From contig NMRA01000392.1 of the NCBI GenBank assembly GCA_002633005.1, forward strand, positions 252,279 through 316,278: a DNA stretch of 64,000 nt, read 5' to 3'. Numbering within the stretch: the stretch's first letter is position 1; every line of letters starts with the position of its first letter. The notes beneath the pieces were generated by a model. It did not search any database and was not told the origin of the DNA. It was given only the letters and a program-made list of their open reading frames with translations. Source of the DNA: Phoronis australis (Eukaryota > Animalia > Phoronida). A program made the translations under genes and the position numbers. Positions 25,104 through 38,862 of the stretch are shown piece by piece.

Positions 25104-25576
25104 GTTTTGTATGCATTAAGCAGATTAGATCGATCTGCATTACGGCCCAGTTTTCAGTTTGCAAACCACAAGCCATGGGTTAAACGATCCGTGACAGGGA
25201 CTGGAGACGGGTGGAATCGGAGCATCTTTGAATAAAGATTAATAGGTTCACACACTGTTTTTGATGACTGCAAAATTTTTAACCTTGGTGCGAGAGCCCA
25301 AACCTTTTGTGTAGAACACACATGATAGGCTATTAAACAGAATGGCTGTAGCTCGCCCGGAGACATAAAGATATATTTACAACATGAACATTTTTAATGT
25401 ATACTGCACTGCAAACTAGACATGGATATTTGCTTTTCACAAAGTTTGTTTCAACTTGACACTGAACAAAATTCCCGGCCACGAGGCCTAAAAATTCTCT
25501 TTGTGATTGAAAATGTCTCTCCAACGGTTCAAATCACCTGTGACCACAAAGGTGACAATTTGAAAAAGTACAAAAT

Positions 25577-26016
25577 CATAGGGGGATTTAGGGGGGGCCC
25601 GCCCTCCTTGACTGCCGCAAGCAAATTAAACCAGCAAAACGTGAAGCGGGAGGAAATACTGAGTTCGAGCTAGGACCTGTAGCGGACGAGGGAGGGAACA
25701 CACGTTCCGTTTTATTTTTTTAGTCCAACGACAGATTTCCTGAGCAGAAGGTATACATCCTCGTCGCCCGCAACTTCCGCGGCCACACAGGCACCTTTCC
25801 CCTCGGATATGAACGAGGCCTCTGAAGAAACATGATAACTATGCTTGTTTCAGGGGGATCCAGGACTTTGAGTTGGGGGGGGGGCAAGGCAGAATATTAG
25901 CCAGTATTTTGCCCGTCAGACATTCGCGCTCCTGAACTGCCAAATGGCCGGAATCTGGGAGAATTTTAGGGGGGGTTGTAGCATGGCCCCTTGGCTCCTC
26001 TCTAAATTCGCCACTG
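25577..26016. mobile_element. CA(G/T)GGGCGGAT-type MITE, degenerate or compound
   Basis: Left CATAGGGGGATTTAGGGGG, internal CAGGGGGATCCAGG at 25851, right CTAAATTCGCCACTG. Confidence 0.5.
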
Positions 26017-27851
26017 TGTTCTGTCCAGTTAACTGAAATTGAGCTCTAAAACGAGGTTATGCTTTGGACGAAAGAATTAAGTGTTTTAATTTTTAAATAC
26101 AACTTGGTCGATATTGATATTTGAAAAATATACCGTCACACATAAAATAGACGTAATTTATTATTTAAACCAAGAAAGCAGAATTGATGGTCGTGTAATT
26201 TTTTTTTCAATTGTGATCCTGGTTTTTTATCGTAATCAAAATATATATTTACATAACATTAAGTGTTATTTCAGATCATTGACAAATCAACTGTTAGTCC
26301 CGGTAGTGCCTACCTCACCAGGACCTAGGCTATGCTTGAAGCAAATAAGCCTACTCTTGATCAACAAATTAAACCAGATGTGACTAATTGCACATGACAG
26401 CAAAATGCTATAAGCCACTACTGTCAAATATATCTTCAAGTCGTCAACAATATGACCAGATGACCTGGTTCGTGTAGAAAGCACTTTTATTAAGAATTTA
26501 TTAGAAGAAAGTTAACGTAACTCTGCATTCAGCATGATACCTAATCCTCAACACTACGATCGCCGCAATTTGGTCATGTTTACTTTTCATGTTTTGAACC
26601 TAGTTTTCCGGAAAAAACTTATATCCTTTCATCAGACAACTCTTTGGTGCATTGACTTGTTCTTTAACTGTATTTTTCTACGTCTCTGTGGTTAATTATT
26701 GACACATTTTTTAAGATTTAATATTCATGTTGGACTCCAAAGACCGGCCATTTAACTCGCGCAATAAAAATTTCTGCTTTGTTTATCGCAATGAGCCTCG
26801 CTTTGGATTTTAATGTTCGCCGCTTGAATTGGGTCTATATGTCCTAGTAAGGGCCACTTCCGATTTCTCAGAATTTCTAATTGAAACATCCATATCTGAC
26901 TAAGAGGTTCCCTTCCTCGATTTCCATTCTTGCCATTTTAAGCCCACGGCGTTTTTAAATCCGAATGTTCACAATAGTTACTAGTGTCTTAAACTATACT
27001 CGTGTATATTACTGTTGAGGGTGCTTCATATTGGGGAACAATTGAGGTGCTGGATGTTAGGCCGGACTTGGTCATGCTTTTTGAGATGTTGAGGGTTGAC
27101 ACTTACTGTAATCGTATGAACATCCAGGGAGCTACATCAAATAAAATGTCGGAGGATTGTAGAAATGAGTAGATTTCTCTGAAGCTGACTGATACTTCTT
27201 CAGGGGAGTGAGTTGCCTACTTTTTGCCACTTTTAAGGAAGTCTCGGGTGGTGTAATTTGAGGGTTGGCTGTAAGCAAGGATTCATTTGGGATTTCAAAA
27301 CTCAGGGCATTCAAAATGGGTTTCCTAATTTCTTAAGGAGTCTACAACCAAGGATGCGTGATTGCATTCGTATGATGCCAAGTGTAATTGCTGTTACAAT
27401 TTATGTAACTAAAGGCATGGGTCTGCAGCAAAGGTTTTCATGTCTTACTAACATTTTTATTCTGGACATACCTGAAGAGCTGTGGTTAGCAATGACTCCA
27501 TCAGTTTAGAGACACCATTTGCTTACATGTTAACTTAATTTGGTGTCCAAATGCTGGCTAAATAGGACATCTTACTTGAAGGTGTCTGTCTGAATTTCAG
27601 TCAGGGCCCCAGTGCTAGATGAAGGCCTAATGGGAAGTCAGCAGGAGCACTTACGTAATAAAAATGAAAATTTGGAAATTTCTTTTATGGGTGGTGAGCC
27701 CAACGATTTTGACTATTAGCTTCGGCGAGTATGGTAAATAAACACACTCCATATTTACTTAGTGGTCCTATGTTTTAATTTTATTGTGCTGATAGTTGGG
27801 AGTCTCATGCAAATTCTTCAAGATTCATTAATTTGTTGAACAAAAACTTAA

Positions 27852-29650
27852 GGTAGGTGTATACACTTGTCAAATCTCCAGGTTCCTATATAAAATAAGT
27901 ACGAAGGGGGTTTTAACTAGTTACAAATGACTCTGAAAGTGACAAAAATCAAAAAAGTTTTTTAGTAGTTTGTTTTTTTTAAAAAATCGCATTTTTTATT
28001 TTTCAAAAAATCCAATTTTACCTCGATTTTTTTTTCAAAATGCACAGGGATTATCATCAACTGTTTCCTTACGCAATTGTCTACTTATCCATACCAAATA
28101 ATTATTGTACAAAATCATTATGATCTTCATTTTGTGGCTTTTTGCGTATGAGTTGGGGCAAGCACACCACTTTCTGTCATTTGGTTACTTCCCGTCTAAT
28201 AACTAAAAATCTGGTCCATGTATCAAACAACCCTGGCACGCGATTTTGCTTCAGTTCTAGAGGATTTCAAATTTGCAAATTTCGTAAAAATTGACCCCTG
28301 TGTTGCGGAAAAATAGGCTCGAGAATCTTGTCACTAACGTGAAATCACGAGCTGAGAAAAACGGCTTTGAAGTTAAGCCGGCATCAATTGCCACTTGAGG
28401 TCAAAATTCGTTCAGAATGCGCGGTCATTATGTTCCAATTTTTGTTGATGTACTAGAAATAAAGCTGATATTTACTTCATGTTTAGAAAATGTGACATAC
28501 CTGTTTGTTTATAGCATAATTTTTATGATTTTTGCGAACTTGTGAAGCACGACAGACGACCAAAACAAATATGGCTGTCACGTGGGCGTAGCGTAGGGTT
28601 GATCTATTGTCTGCTGTACTGTTGTGCGGACCACACATCATTAAAACCATGTGTTGATTGTTTATGTGACTCATCTGAACTCTCCACTCAGTGTGGTAAA
28701 AGACACTCTAACTGTATTACATAGACCCATTTGTTAGTTGGCCTATTCCAATATTATATGTAGTTACCGTCTCTTCATCAACCAATATATGTGTTATATC
28801 AAATCGCCGCGTTACTGTCAACATAACGAGGATAAAGAACTACTTTCATCGTAATGGTTCAACATTTTCACGTGCGTGTACTGCCAACATTTTGACCGAA
28901 TGGACTTTGGGATGAGAAAATAGCACTTCCACTTAAAAAATCCCATGAGTTTGGCAACCTAGTTTCTCCATGGTGCGTTCCTAGCACAGAAGCACAGTTT
29001 ATCTAAAAAACTACTCTGACGGCATGTAGTTGTCCATGTCTCGTGTGCGTGGCACGTCTTCACAGCGCGTACATGCACTCTCATCGAATCGTGCAACACC
29101 ACCCACATTGACGCTCGGCGTCCTCTCGCAAGACACCTCACCTTTCCCACTTCTTTTGCACACGCACAATTTCTGCGCTGACTCCTCAAGCTGAGTGCAG
29201 TGATGGCTTCGGTAGGACTTGGCGTACTGAACTTATTTTTTTTGCAGATGGACAAACAGGCTCAGGCTCGGAACAGGAGCTAGTTCACCATTTCACCACC
29301 AACTTTCACATGGTCTAAAATAGAATTATTTTATTCTTGGCCTTTGCTACAACATCAGTATCAGCTGGTACAGCACTCTGGGTTGCCTGGTTAGCAATGT
29401 TTGTTGACAGGGTTAGATTAGAGCTAGTGTCCTGGTATAAGCTCTGCCCCACTTGTCAGTCACTGAGCTGGTGAGCACTCAAGCCATATGTCTTACTGAA
29501 GCTTTGTCAAATATAATTAAAAAAACAGCTTTGGATTTTCAGAATGATATTTATTTTTCTTCAGTATACTGTGCATCAAGAATTAAAGATTAGGATGATA
29601 TAAAAATTTAAAAAAACAATCAAAATTAATTTTTTGTGTATCCACCTACC
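27852..29650. mobile_element. Kolobok-type non-autonomous DNA transposon
   Basis: TTAA on both sides. TIR GGTAGGTG(T/G)ATACAC with 5'-RR..YY-3' ends. No ORF recognised. Confidence 0.75.
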
Positions 29651-32600
29651 TTAAGCCCATCCACACACAAGCTTAGGGTACACGAGAACAACTTGCACTA
29701 GTGCAATTTGCCCCACTTTAAGAGACGTGTCCACATACATGTATCCGATAACTAGCACAAGGCAGATGTTGTCACTCTGCGCATGCGAACGTTTGCAAAA
29801 ATGGCAGGAGTTCATAGTGTTGATCTGTATGCATGTAACTGCGCCAAGTTTGTGGTCTCACAGTGACTTTAGAAGTAGCACTAGTTATCCTAGAACGAGT
29901 TACCCTGTCTCGATAAGGTGGAGGAAGTTTCTTGCATGTAAGTTGGGGCCCCGATGCACTAGTTTAAGTAGCGCCCAGACAGCCCCTATAGCGACGACTG
30001 GTTCTAGCAGTAAATTATTCTGGGTACTGACAGGTCTGTGTGTGGACGGCACTTTAGTCAATAGTTTTGATGCTTTGATTACGAGGATGGCAGTATAACG
30101 AAAGGATTCTGTCAGGTGTGAACATAGCTGACAAAACATTGACATTTTATAGAGATTAAAACCTTCCCTTGTGTAATCATGATTAAAATTTCTTCACGCT
30201 TGAAATGCAGGTGCATTAAAGAATGCTTTTAAAGATATATGTAGAAATTCCTTGAGATTTGATCCAGGCTGTAGTGTATGATCACACGCTGCACAGCAAT
30301 TTATATCCACAAAGGCAAAAAATCCCTTATAACTGACAGATAAGTGGAATTATTCATTATTAAAATGTTCTACATGGCTAATGACTAACTTGTGTCATTG
30401 AACAACATTTGATAAAATTTCAGTAACTCACAGGAATTAAAAATTAAAAGTTGTTAGTTTGAACGGAATTATTTTTGTTTGAAATTCAAATGTACTTAAC
30501 TAGTGCGTATTCCTTGAATTCTACTGCACGCAAATTGATTTGCATTCGTCATTCCAATGTCATGGGTTTTGCTGTTGCATATGGAGTTGTATTTATGTGC
30601 TGACTTTACAAAAAGTGGAAAGCTTAATAGGGCACTGTTGGCTATGCGATAACTTCAATTAACTCACACATCCAACTGTGATTACTTCCTTGTATGCTTA
30701 AACTACTGAAGGTGTTCTGAAAAGTTCAACTAACTTTTGTAGTTTACATCAACATTCCTCTGGTAGAACTGGAGATAAGTATTGCAATAGCTAACTTTCC
30801 AAGTAGCCGCGCCATATTGGAATTCACTATCCCTCCAGACTGCGATCAGGTCCTGCTTGTAATAGATGGGCCTTCAGCGCCACCTACAGAATTTTTTGTT
30901 CGTATCCCTTACTTCTGCTTAAAAATGCGTGTCACAAGGAGTTCAGTATTCATAACTGTTTACGAGATTTTGGTCTTCTGGCAGAAGATTTTTTCAAAAA
31001 CTTAACATCATGCCAAGAATTGTAGGATGACACTTGGTTTGCCTGCTGGTTTGGTATTTGGTCCAGTTATGTTAAACACCCAGCAGAATTAATAAGAGGC
31101 AACATCATAAAAAAGTTTTAGGTTGTAATAGTCACATTTCTTGTCCAATTTTCGAAAATTCAAAAACCTAATCATGTGTACTTTTCACAAAGTATTCAGG
31201 TATGCTATTTAAAACTTTCAAAACAAAACTTAAAAATAATATTATCGCTCCAAGGGTGTTAATGACAGGTCTGATTATCTAGAGAACGATAACACCAACA
31301 GCATTGTGTCTGCGATCAAAGCGGGCACATTGCGAGGTACACAGACCCATTGAGTTGCCCAATCTTGACCAGTGAGGGTCTCGAGGTTGAGATTCTTTTC
31401 ATGAAACAAACATATCAATTGTTTGCATTATGTTCCTGAAATCTCCGTTATTCTATACGTATAGCTGTTACTCTGTTTAGGTGATAATTTTAATCTAGGA
31501 CAATGTTGCCAATGCATTGTTATTGAAAGCCTTTTGGAGAACATCTAGCTAACTCACAATATCAACACCAGGTAGCATTGCAGTGCAAGTGCTTGTTATT
31601 TCTAGGGGGATGGGAAGGACGAATAGTTATGGCAGTTAGGAATCTAATTCACTGCTCTATGAAAAGCACGTTTGAGTTCTTGGTATTAGTAGCCATTAGG
31701 CAAAACCTTTCTTGTGTTTATAAATATCAGTACACCATTGATATTTCATGGTTGTATATGTAAATGTTTATTTGCCATCTTGCCAAGTGTACCTTGACAT
31801 ATTAGATATGATGCTAAATTGCATCTTGACTTTTACAGATATTGAACAAACTGATTTAGAAGCTTTCTATTTCTTTCTGTTCAAAGTGGAAGTTTGCTTT
31901 AAAATCTATAATTAAGTATGTTAAAATGCAGTCTGGTATATTGCAGCACATCTTGGTCATGGTTGTAATTTGTCTAAATTCTGAATACACCGTTTGAGTT
32001 CTGAATGCAAGATTTTCTAGTCTGTGATCTTCTTGAGTGTTGCTGAGATCTTGTTTTGAAATAATTTTCTTAGTATGCCTCCAAATCGTACATCAAATTT
32101 ATTATTTGAAAAATATTTTAATCAAAAGTAGTTCTTTAGTTTACTTAAAATTTTAACATATATAGACATATTGATGCCAATTCTGTTAGAGACTATTGAT
32201 ATTTTGTGTAGATCTTCCCGAAACAACAAAATAGTCATGATTACTGAAAATAATTTCATGAATTATGCACAAATCCTCACTCTTGAGATAGTGCCCCTGA
32301 ATAATACTGGTTTGTTTGGGCCACTGGTTTAAAAAAATTGATAACCCTTCATGCTCTTGGCTTCTAATTCAGTTGTTCTATAAGTACAGTTGTTTTGCAT
32401 TTTAAAAAAATGACTCACACGTAGCGTGGGTAAATATTAACCTCACCTGCCAGGATTTTGTTGTCATTAGAAACTTAAGTTCCTTTAACTTGATTCTAAA
32501 GTTTGCAGGTTTTAGGTGATAGCTTTTTGTCTTGAAATCAAAAACAAATTGTTGTATTAGATAGTGTTGATGTTTTGGGTTGTGTTTTCTTTAATTTCTT

Positions 32601-34344
32601 GTTGAATCAAGTATTGGATAGTAAACAAGATATTGATTTGACATTTTGAATAAAACACATTATCCAAGTGTTCTGTTGTTTGCTTCCATAGATTTTCCGA
32701 GGTCTCGAACAGACTTAAAACAGACAAATCTGTCAAGTGGGACTTTTTATTAGAAAAAAGCTGTGTCTAACTTACTGATATTAATGGATAAGCTCGTGAG
32801 TGCTCATTTGAAAGGTTTCAGTTTGCCAACACATACTTGTATGAGGTGATGTGGAAAGTCTGCATAATTGTGACTTATTGTTCAGCAAAGGTGAGATAGT
32901 GATTGGCTGATTTGGTTTGTGTTAATGTGTGATCAATACCTGTTCATAAATATTTTCTTTGAAGCATTCATCTTGAAGCACCAATTAAACTTTCAGCCAA
33001 CGGCAAAAGTTCGCTGCCTGAGAATCAGATCTCGCCCAATTTCTATAGAAAAAGAAATTGACATATTAACAATACCACTTAATCATTGCTATTAAATACA
33101 TGCTGCATGCTTGTATTGTCAGGTAAATATTCTTAAGTTGTTCTCAATTTATCGCTCGACATATTCGATTTCTGACTTGATGTGTTTTAAGCATGCAATA
33201 TAAGCCAACAAGGAAATCACCTAATGAATGCATTAAAGGTTCGCCGTTTTCTTAAATGCTAGGTAAACAACACACTGCTGTACTTAAGTTAATAAAAGCA
33301 ATCAAGTCAGTGCGCACCTAGATGTTACCTGTCTTATGTTTATTTTGCATGATTTAGATAAAATGTGCTCATTTAAAATCTTAAGTAGAAGTTTTATTAG
33401 ATCAATAACTGAGGGTAATTCATTATACTCAGGCTGGGGTTGTTCAATGTTTAATGCTCAGGTAAGACCATGAATGGTTTAATTCTTTAATAGCCATTCT
33501 GTTCACAGAAAGCATACATGGAGTAAAAGTGAGTAGAAAGACCATGGATCTTTCTAGTGCATGTTTAATTGTCTTAGTTCATGTCCTAAACAGGGCATTT
33601 ATAAGTCGAACGCCAGGTGTATCTGAGCATTATCGTGAAAATTTAATGTTTCACTTGTAAAGTTGCATCAATAACTTATATTTAAGAACTCTACCTTTAT
33701 TTGTATTTCCTTGGACATTAAACAAGCGTACCTGAGGTTGTGCACATTTTATGCAGGCATCAGTCGCATTTTTCAGATTTATACATTTACGAATAAATTA
33801 ATTAGAAAATGCTGAAAGGAATTGAATTCCATGGCATATGCTATTGATGTCCAAGTTTTGAATTTCGTTGCTAATTGCAGTCATATTGTCTCATTTCTTC
33901 ATTCCCAGTAATCTTAGTTGTGTTAAAAAGTACCACTACAACTGAACTGAGGTTAGGAGTTATCTATCGTGATGAATGAATATCTGCTCTGCGTAATGCT
34001 AATAATTTATAAAAAATCATTAAATCCAGTTTCAGCCAAATTTAAGATCTAGTTGTCACTATTTTTATGTTTTACCTCTTTGAAGCAAGAGAAGTACTGA
34101 CCGCCCTGCCAGCCTTCAAAATTTATGTTTGACAAATAACCTAACAAAGTTTGCTGAGAAGCATTGTGCCAAAATACTGTGTTTTGCTCCACTGCCTTCT
34201 AGATGCACCTATGGCCTGATACGGTAAAATCTCGCCAATTTAAAACACAAGATGGCAGACAATTGAAATCTTATTTTCTCATTTTTTTTGATAAAAATAT
34301 ACTAGCGTCAAATAATTGCATTACCACGTTCAAGTTCTGTACCA

Positions 34345-34414
34345 CATGAGCGGTGCACCAGAGGGGGCTGGGGCTATAGCTTCCCACTTATTTCAGTGCT
34401 GCGCCACCCAATTG
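34345..34414 (+). mobile_element. Monomeric mini-MITE (family of 8199-8347)
   Basis: CATGAGCGGTGCACCA..TGCGCCACCCA. Flanks tacca / cacca. Confidence 0.55.
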
Positions 34415-35799
34415 CACCATAGCTCTCATTAAAATACAATACAAGATTTTCATGTAACCATTTTAATAACGTTTTGAATGAAATTCAACTAACTTTGCAA
34501 CCTTTGGAACACAAAAGAATGGTGAAAAATGTGCTCTTTTTATTTTTTGAGAGTGTAAATTGTCAAGATGTGCTCAAAACTATTATTTTAGTAATTTCTG
34601 AGCATTTTAAAAACAGAAATAGTTACAATTCTGACTTCAACGGTCTATATATAACTACAAAACATCCTTGCACGTGATTTTCTTCAAGGCATTGATGTCT
34701 AATTAACACCATTTTCCCGGCGCGTGGTGTGTATATGTGGGTATACAATGAACTGTTGGCCTCAACTTACTGCTGGCTCCACCTTACTCGAGATGCATGA
34801 ATTCCCATGTACAAAATTAAAATGTTTTAGTGATAATGAAGTTAATTATGCACTGCAAATTCAGTTGACATTGCGAGTGAATGTTGAAATACCGAACATG
34901 GTTTATGCATGTATAGCATATATTTGCCAAAAAGAAGTTTTCACTGAATATTTGGGTGGTAACCTTCAGGTTTTGAACACTCACGATGTTTTCTCCTTTT
35001 TCTCGGTTTCGGCAAAACAACTTAATTTGAACTTAGAAACACTGTGACAAGTTTTCGAAAACAGCTTTGTGAATTTCGTTTAAACTTTCCAATATTAATA
35101 TTTATTCCTCAATCTCAAAAACACTGTTGGGGTTTTCCATTTTTAAAGGCATAATTTTTACTGTAAGGTAGATGAAAACGACTGCTTAGGCTTTGTAGTA
35201 ACAAAAATACCTTGTGTTATGCAAGTTAATTTGGCATAGAAACAAAATTGTATAATCGAAGATTCATTACAGCATTTTTAACGTATATTGTGCAATTTTA
35301 ATTTAAAAAGGATTGATGTTGTTACTGAATGTATCTTTTTAAAATCTGTTCTTTTACTTTTATAGTAGACATAGCCTGGTTTCTTTCATATATGAGTTGG
35401 AGTGAACATCACTAAATAAGGTTTGAGACCTGAGCCAGAGTGAGGCCACCCGTGACTTTTGAAATTGAAGTCCACAGACCCCAAGTTCAAGGATTTGCTG
35501 TAACTCAGTAAGGTAATATTTGCCCATGTGAAAGTTAAAGAAATTAGCGTTGTCTAACTGACACGTATATATGAGTAGTTTGGAACTGAATTTCGAATAC
35601 CCAAACACCCTCCAAAATTCTAGGACTCATGAATGTCTTCAAAGTTGGTGAGTAAGGAAGCTGGATAAATTTAACGGTAATCGCAAAATTCCTCCATTTT
35701 TGTTCACGCTGTTCAAATTTTGCAACTCGAACTATTTAAAAAGTCCTTTCCAAAAACTTTCCATTCACTTGGCGAATTTTCAAAATGCATAAACCAATG

Positions 35800-37379
35800 A
35801 TTTTTGTTAAAAATAACCATTATGACGGTATTCAGATGTTAAAAACAATCAAGAATCATTTTCAATTTTTAAAAATTGATGACCTATTAAGCTAAAAACT
35901 ACAAACATTGGTTACAGGTTGAAGATAAACAACTGTGTAGAGAATTTCTCCCTTACACTAATCACTTTTCCCTCTGACAACTTTTATAATGCCTATTCAG
36001 CAGGCCTTTGAAGCAGAAAGGTAAACCCTAGCACTACTTTCACAACAGTGGTGGTTGTTTCTAGACCAAAATTGGTTTTCTCTGACATTTGTGTGAAACC
36101 TGGAAAGTAGAGATTTTATTGTATTACGAAATAACTGGCTGGGTTCATCTTAACAAAGGGCCATTTCATCACTGGTTTTAAATATGTTTCATAACCATTT
36201 TCTTCATTTTATTCTTAATACGCCTGTCTACTTTGTTTTTTTTCTTGACGGGGTGCTATCTTTTGATTTTATTTTTTAAACTTGAAGTGCCAAAACAGAG
36301 GCAGATTTTGATCGTCAATGAAACCTAGAAGTCAGCTCTCGCCTACTATCCCACTTCATCTATTGCTTGGATGTTCTCATTGACTTTGGAGCCAGCCATA
36401 ATTAATCTTCACGACTTGTGTTTCATTGCCAGCTGATTCCCGAATATCACAATTTTCTGGATAGCATGCTACTCCTTAAATAATATAGTTTAACAGAACT
36501 GGGTGAGGAGCGTCGTGTTCAAAGCTTTTGACATCTAATTTGGTCACCATATGTTCTTTCTATTTGTCGTAATGATGTTTAGTTGTGTACCAAAAGAATA
36601 AACCAATTGTACTATTGTTTATCTTGATCAGCATTTGTAAATCCTCCCAGTAATATTATTCACTTACAAGGAAAACATTTCTAAAGATATGGAGAAATTT
36701 TTGCTACTGCTTCTTGAGCCTTCCGTTCAGAGTGGCTTGCACAAGCATCAAAGTCAGAGCGTGGCGCCAGTCAGTTGAATGCAGTTGTGATGATCGCATT
36801 GTCCAGTACGAACAAAACCCAATTTAGTGTAATTACTTGGGCATAAACTGTACTAAACATCTCTGGCTGTATGTACTGGCAAAAATTTTTCGTTAAAAAT
36901 ATAAACATTACGACAGTATTCAGCTGAAAAAAATCTACATATCATGGTTTTCGATTGTTACATAATGGAAATGAGCAACCATGGATCTTGATCTACTTTT
37001 ACGGTGCTTATGGCCATGTCGTGTCGAACTTATTTTATTCGAGAAGTACATAGCATGTTAACCAGAAAACTGTGATATTCAGTAACAGCTGGCAATGAAA
37101 ACCTTGTTGTGAAGAATAATTTAATGGCTAGCTTCAAAGTCAAGAAATAGATGAGGTGGGTCGGTGGGCGAGAGTTGACTTCTAAGTTTCATTGACCATC
37201 CAGATCTGCCACTATTTTGGCACTTCAAGCTTAAAAATAAAATCAAAAGGCAGCAACCTGACAGGAAACGAAACAAAGTAGGCCTAGACTGGAGTATTTA
37301 AAATAAAATGATGAAAACTGTTATGAAACATTTTAAACCAACTGTCATTTGGGAAATGGCTCTTTGTCATGATGAACCC
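35800..37379. mobile_element. Rearranged copies of the 5344-8161 family with internal inverted repeats
   Basis: 36140-36365 is an imperfect inverted repeat of 37145-37379. 36720-36960 matches 5415-5670. 35935-36080 matches 22311-22510. Confidence 0.6.
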
Positions 37380-37509
37380 AAATTTCCGTTTTCAATTATT
37401 TTGTATTATCTAAAATGTCATCAAACCTGAAAACAAAAGGAGTGCTGAGTAGGCATTTGGCAAATCTTACACTAACAAGATATGCACGCAAGTGGATGAT
37501 GAGAAAGCC

Positions 37510-37787
37510 TGTATCGTTTCACTCCAGAGTATCCTGTGAAATTGGGAAATATCTACAAAACAATCCCGTAGACAAATACACTACGTCTGTTCTGAAAAGC
37601 CAGACCATTGGTCCTCGCAAGATCAGCAAATCTTTTGCGTTTGTTTTGAGGCATGGTGGAAGTTTGAAGTGTATAGTCACGGCTAAATACTGACATATCG
37701 GCGAGGCTCATGGTCTACAAATTCTGCGCACGATGATTTTTTTCAGGACTGTTGGATATTATTGATAAATTGAAGACTTTATTGTAG
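37510..37787 (+). pseudogene. HIRAN-like domain relic inside a TA-flanked DNA-transposon end
   Basis: Reads EIGKYL..NPVDKYTTSVLKSQTIG-PRKISKSFAFVLRHGGSLKCIVTAKY*HIGEAHGLQI..IFSG..IIDKLKTLL*. Followed by the terminus GGGCGGTTAATGCGGCGAATATGG-TA at ~37895-37919. Confidence 0.65.
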
Positions 37788-38862
37788 AAATTTAGGACTG
37801 TAAGTAAGACATTTTTCGCACGTACACGTTCATGGACTGGGCACTTCATTTTAGCACAGTTTGAAAATGCGTGGGGGGTGCTTATAGGGGCATGGGCGGT
37901 TAATGCGGCGAATATGGTAATGCTGTTTTTGAACTTCTCCACGAGTTATTGGTTTCTTTTTGTCTGTCATCAGCAACATCATCTAGTTGTGTTCGGTTGT
38001 TCTGTATAAGTGGTAGTTTATTTTTTAGCGTAATGAAGGATGGAGGATCGTTTCCTATTTAATTTAGCCTGCTACATCAACTCTTCAGTCGTAAGTGCCG
38101 ATTTGATCGTTGTGTTAATCTGTGCCTCCCTTGTGAATACGCACATTGGTTAATGAGAACTGACTTATGGCACCTGGCATTACACCTGAACGGAACTCCT
38201 TTTTTGCCCATTAGAAATTAAACTGCGATGAAGTGAATGTCTTGAAGTGAAATTGCTACAACGTCATTTCTACATTATCAAGTGGCTGATTTTAACCTGG
38301 AGAACATGTCCCACGAGGCACTTTCTGAGGCATATTTACACTCCACTTATTTGCTAATCTTTGTAATTAATTACTTCTTTGTAGTTAACCCATGTTTTGC
38401 ACTTCTTCAGAGTGCAGCCTTTATTCTTTAAACTTAACTGATGCATGGTCATCAATGTCATTTTAATGTCAAAAGAGGAACAAATTAGTTTTGAAATGCA
38501 AAACGGCAACGAAATCTCTACAAAGTCTCGACAGGTGTTGCTCCACAGTCTTAGTGGAAATCAAGACAAGTTGTATTGCTTGTTCATTCACAAATAAACA
38601 ATTAGCTGCTTAAACATCACGACTCATCTGACTCAATTTCAATAGAAAAAAACTAATATTTTGCAACAAAGGCTCAGTTATACTACCGAATAGAAATAAT
38701 TCTGTCTTGCAGTTTGTCATAGTTTGGCGGAGTTTGACATAGTTCTGTCGAGGTTTGTCCACTTTCACTACAGTACTTCTAACCAATCGCATAATGACTT
38801 CCTAAAACCGCTCTGAGGTGGTGGCGTATTACAACTATTATTAAAATCTCTTGGTCTATTTA

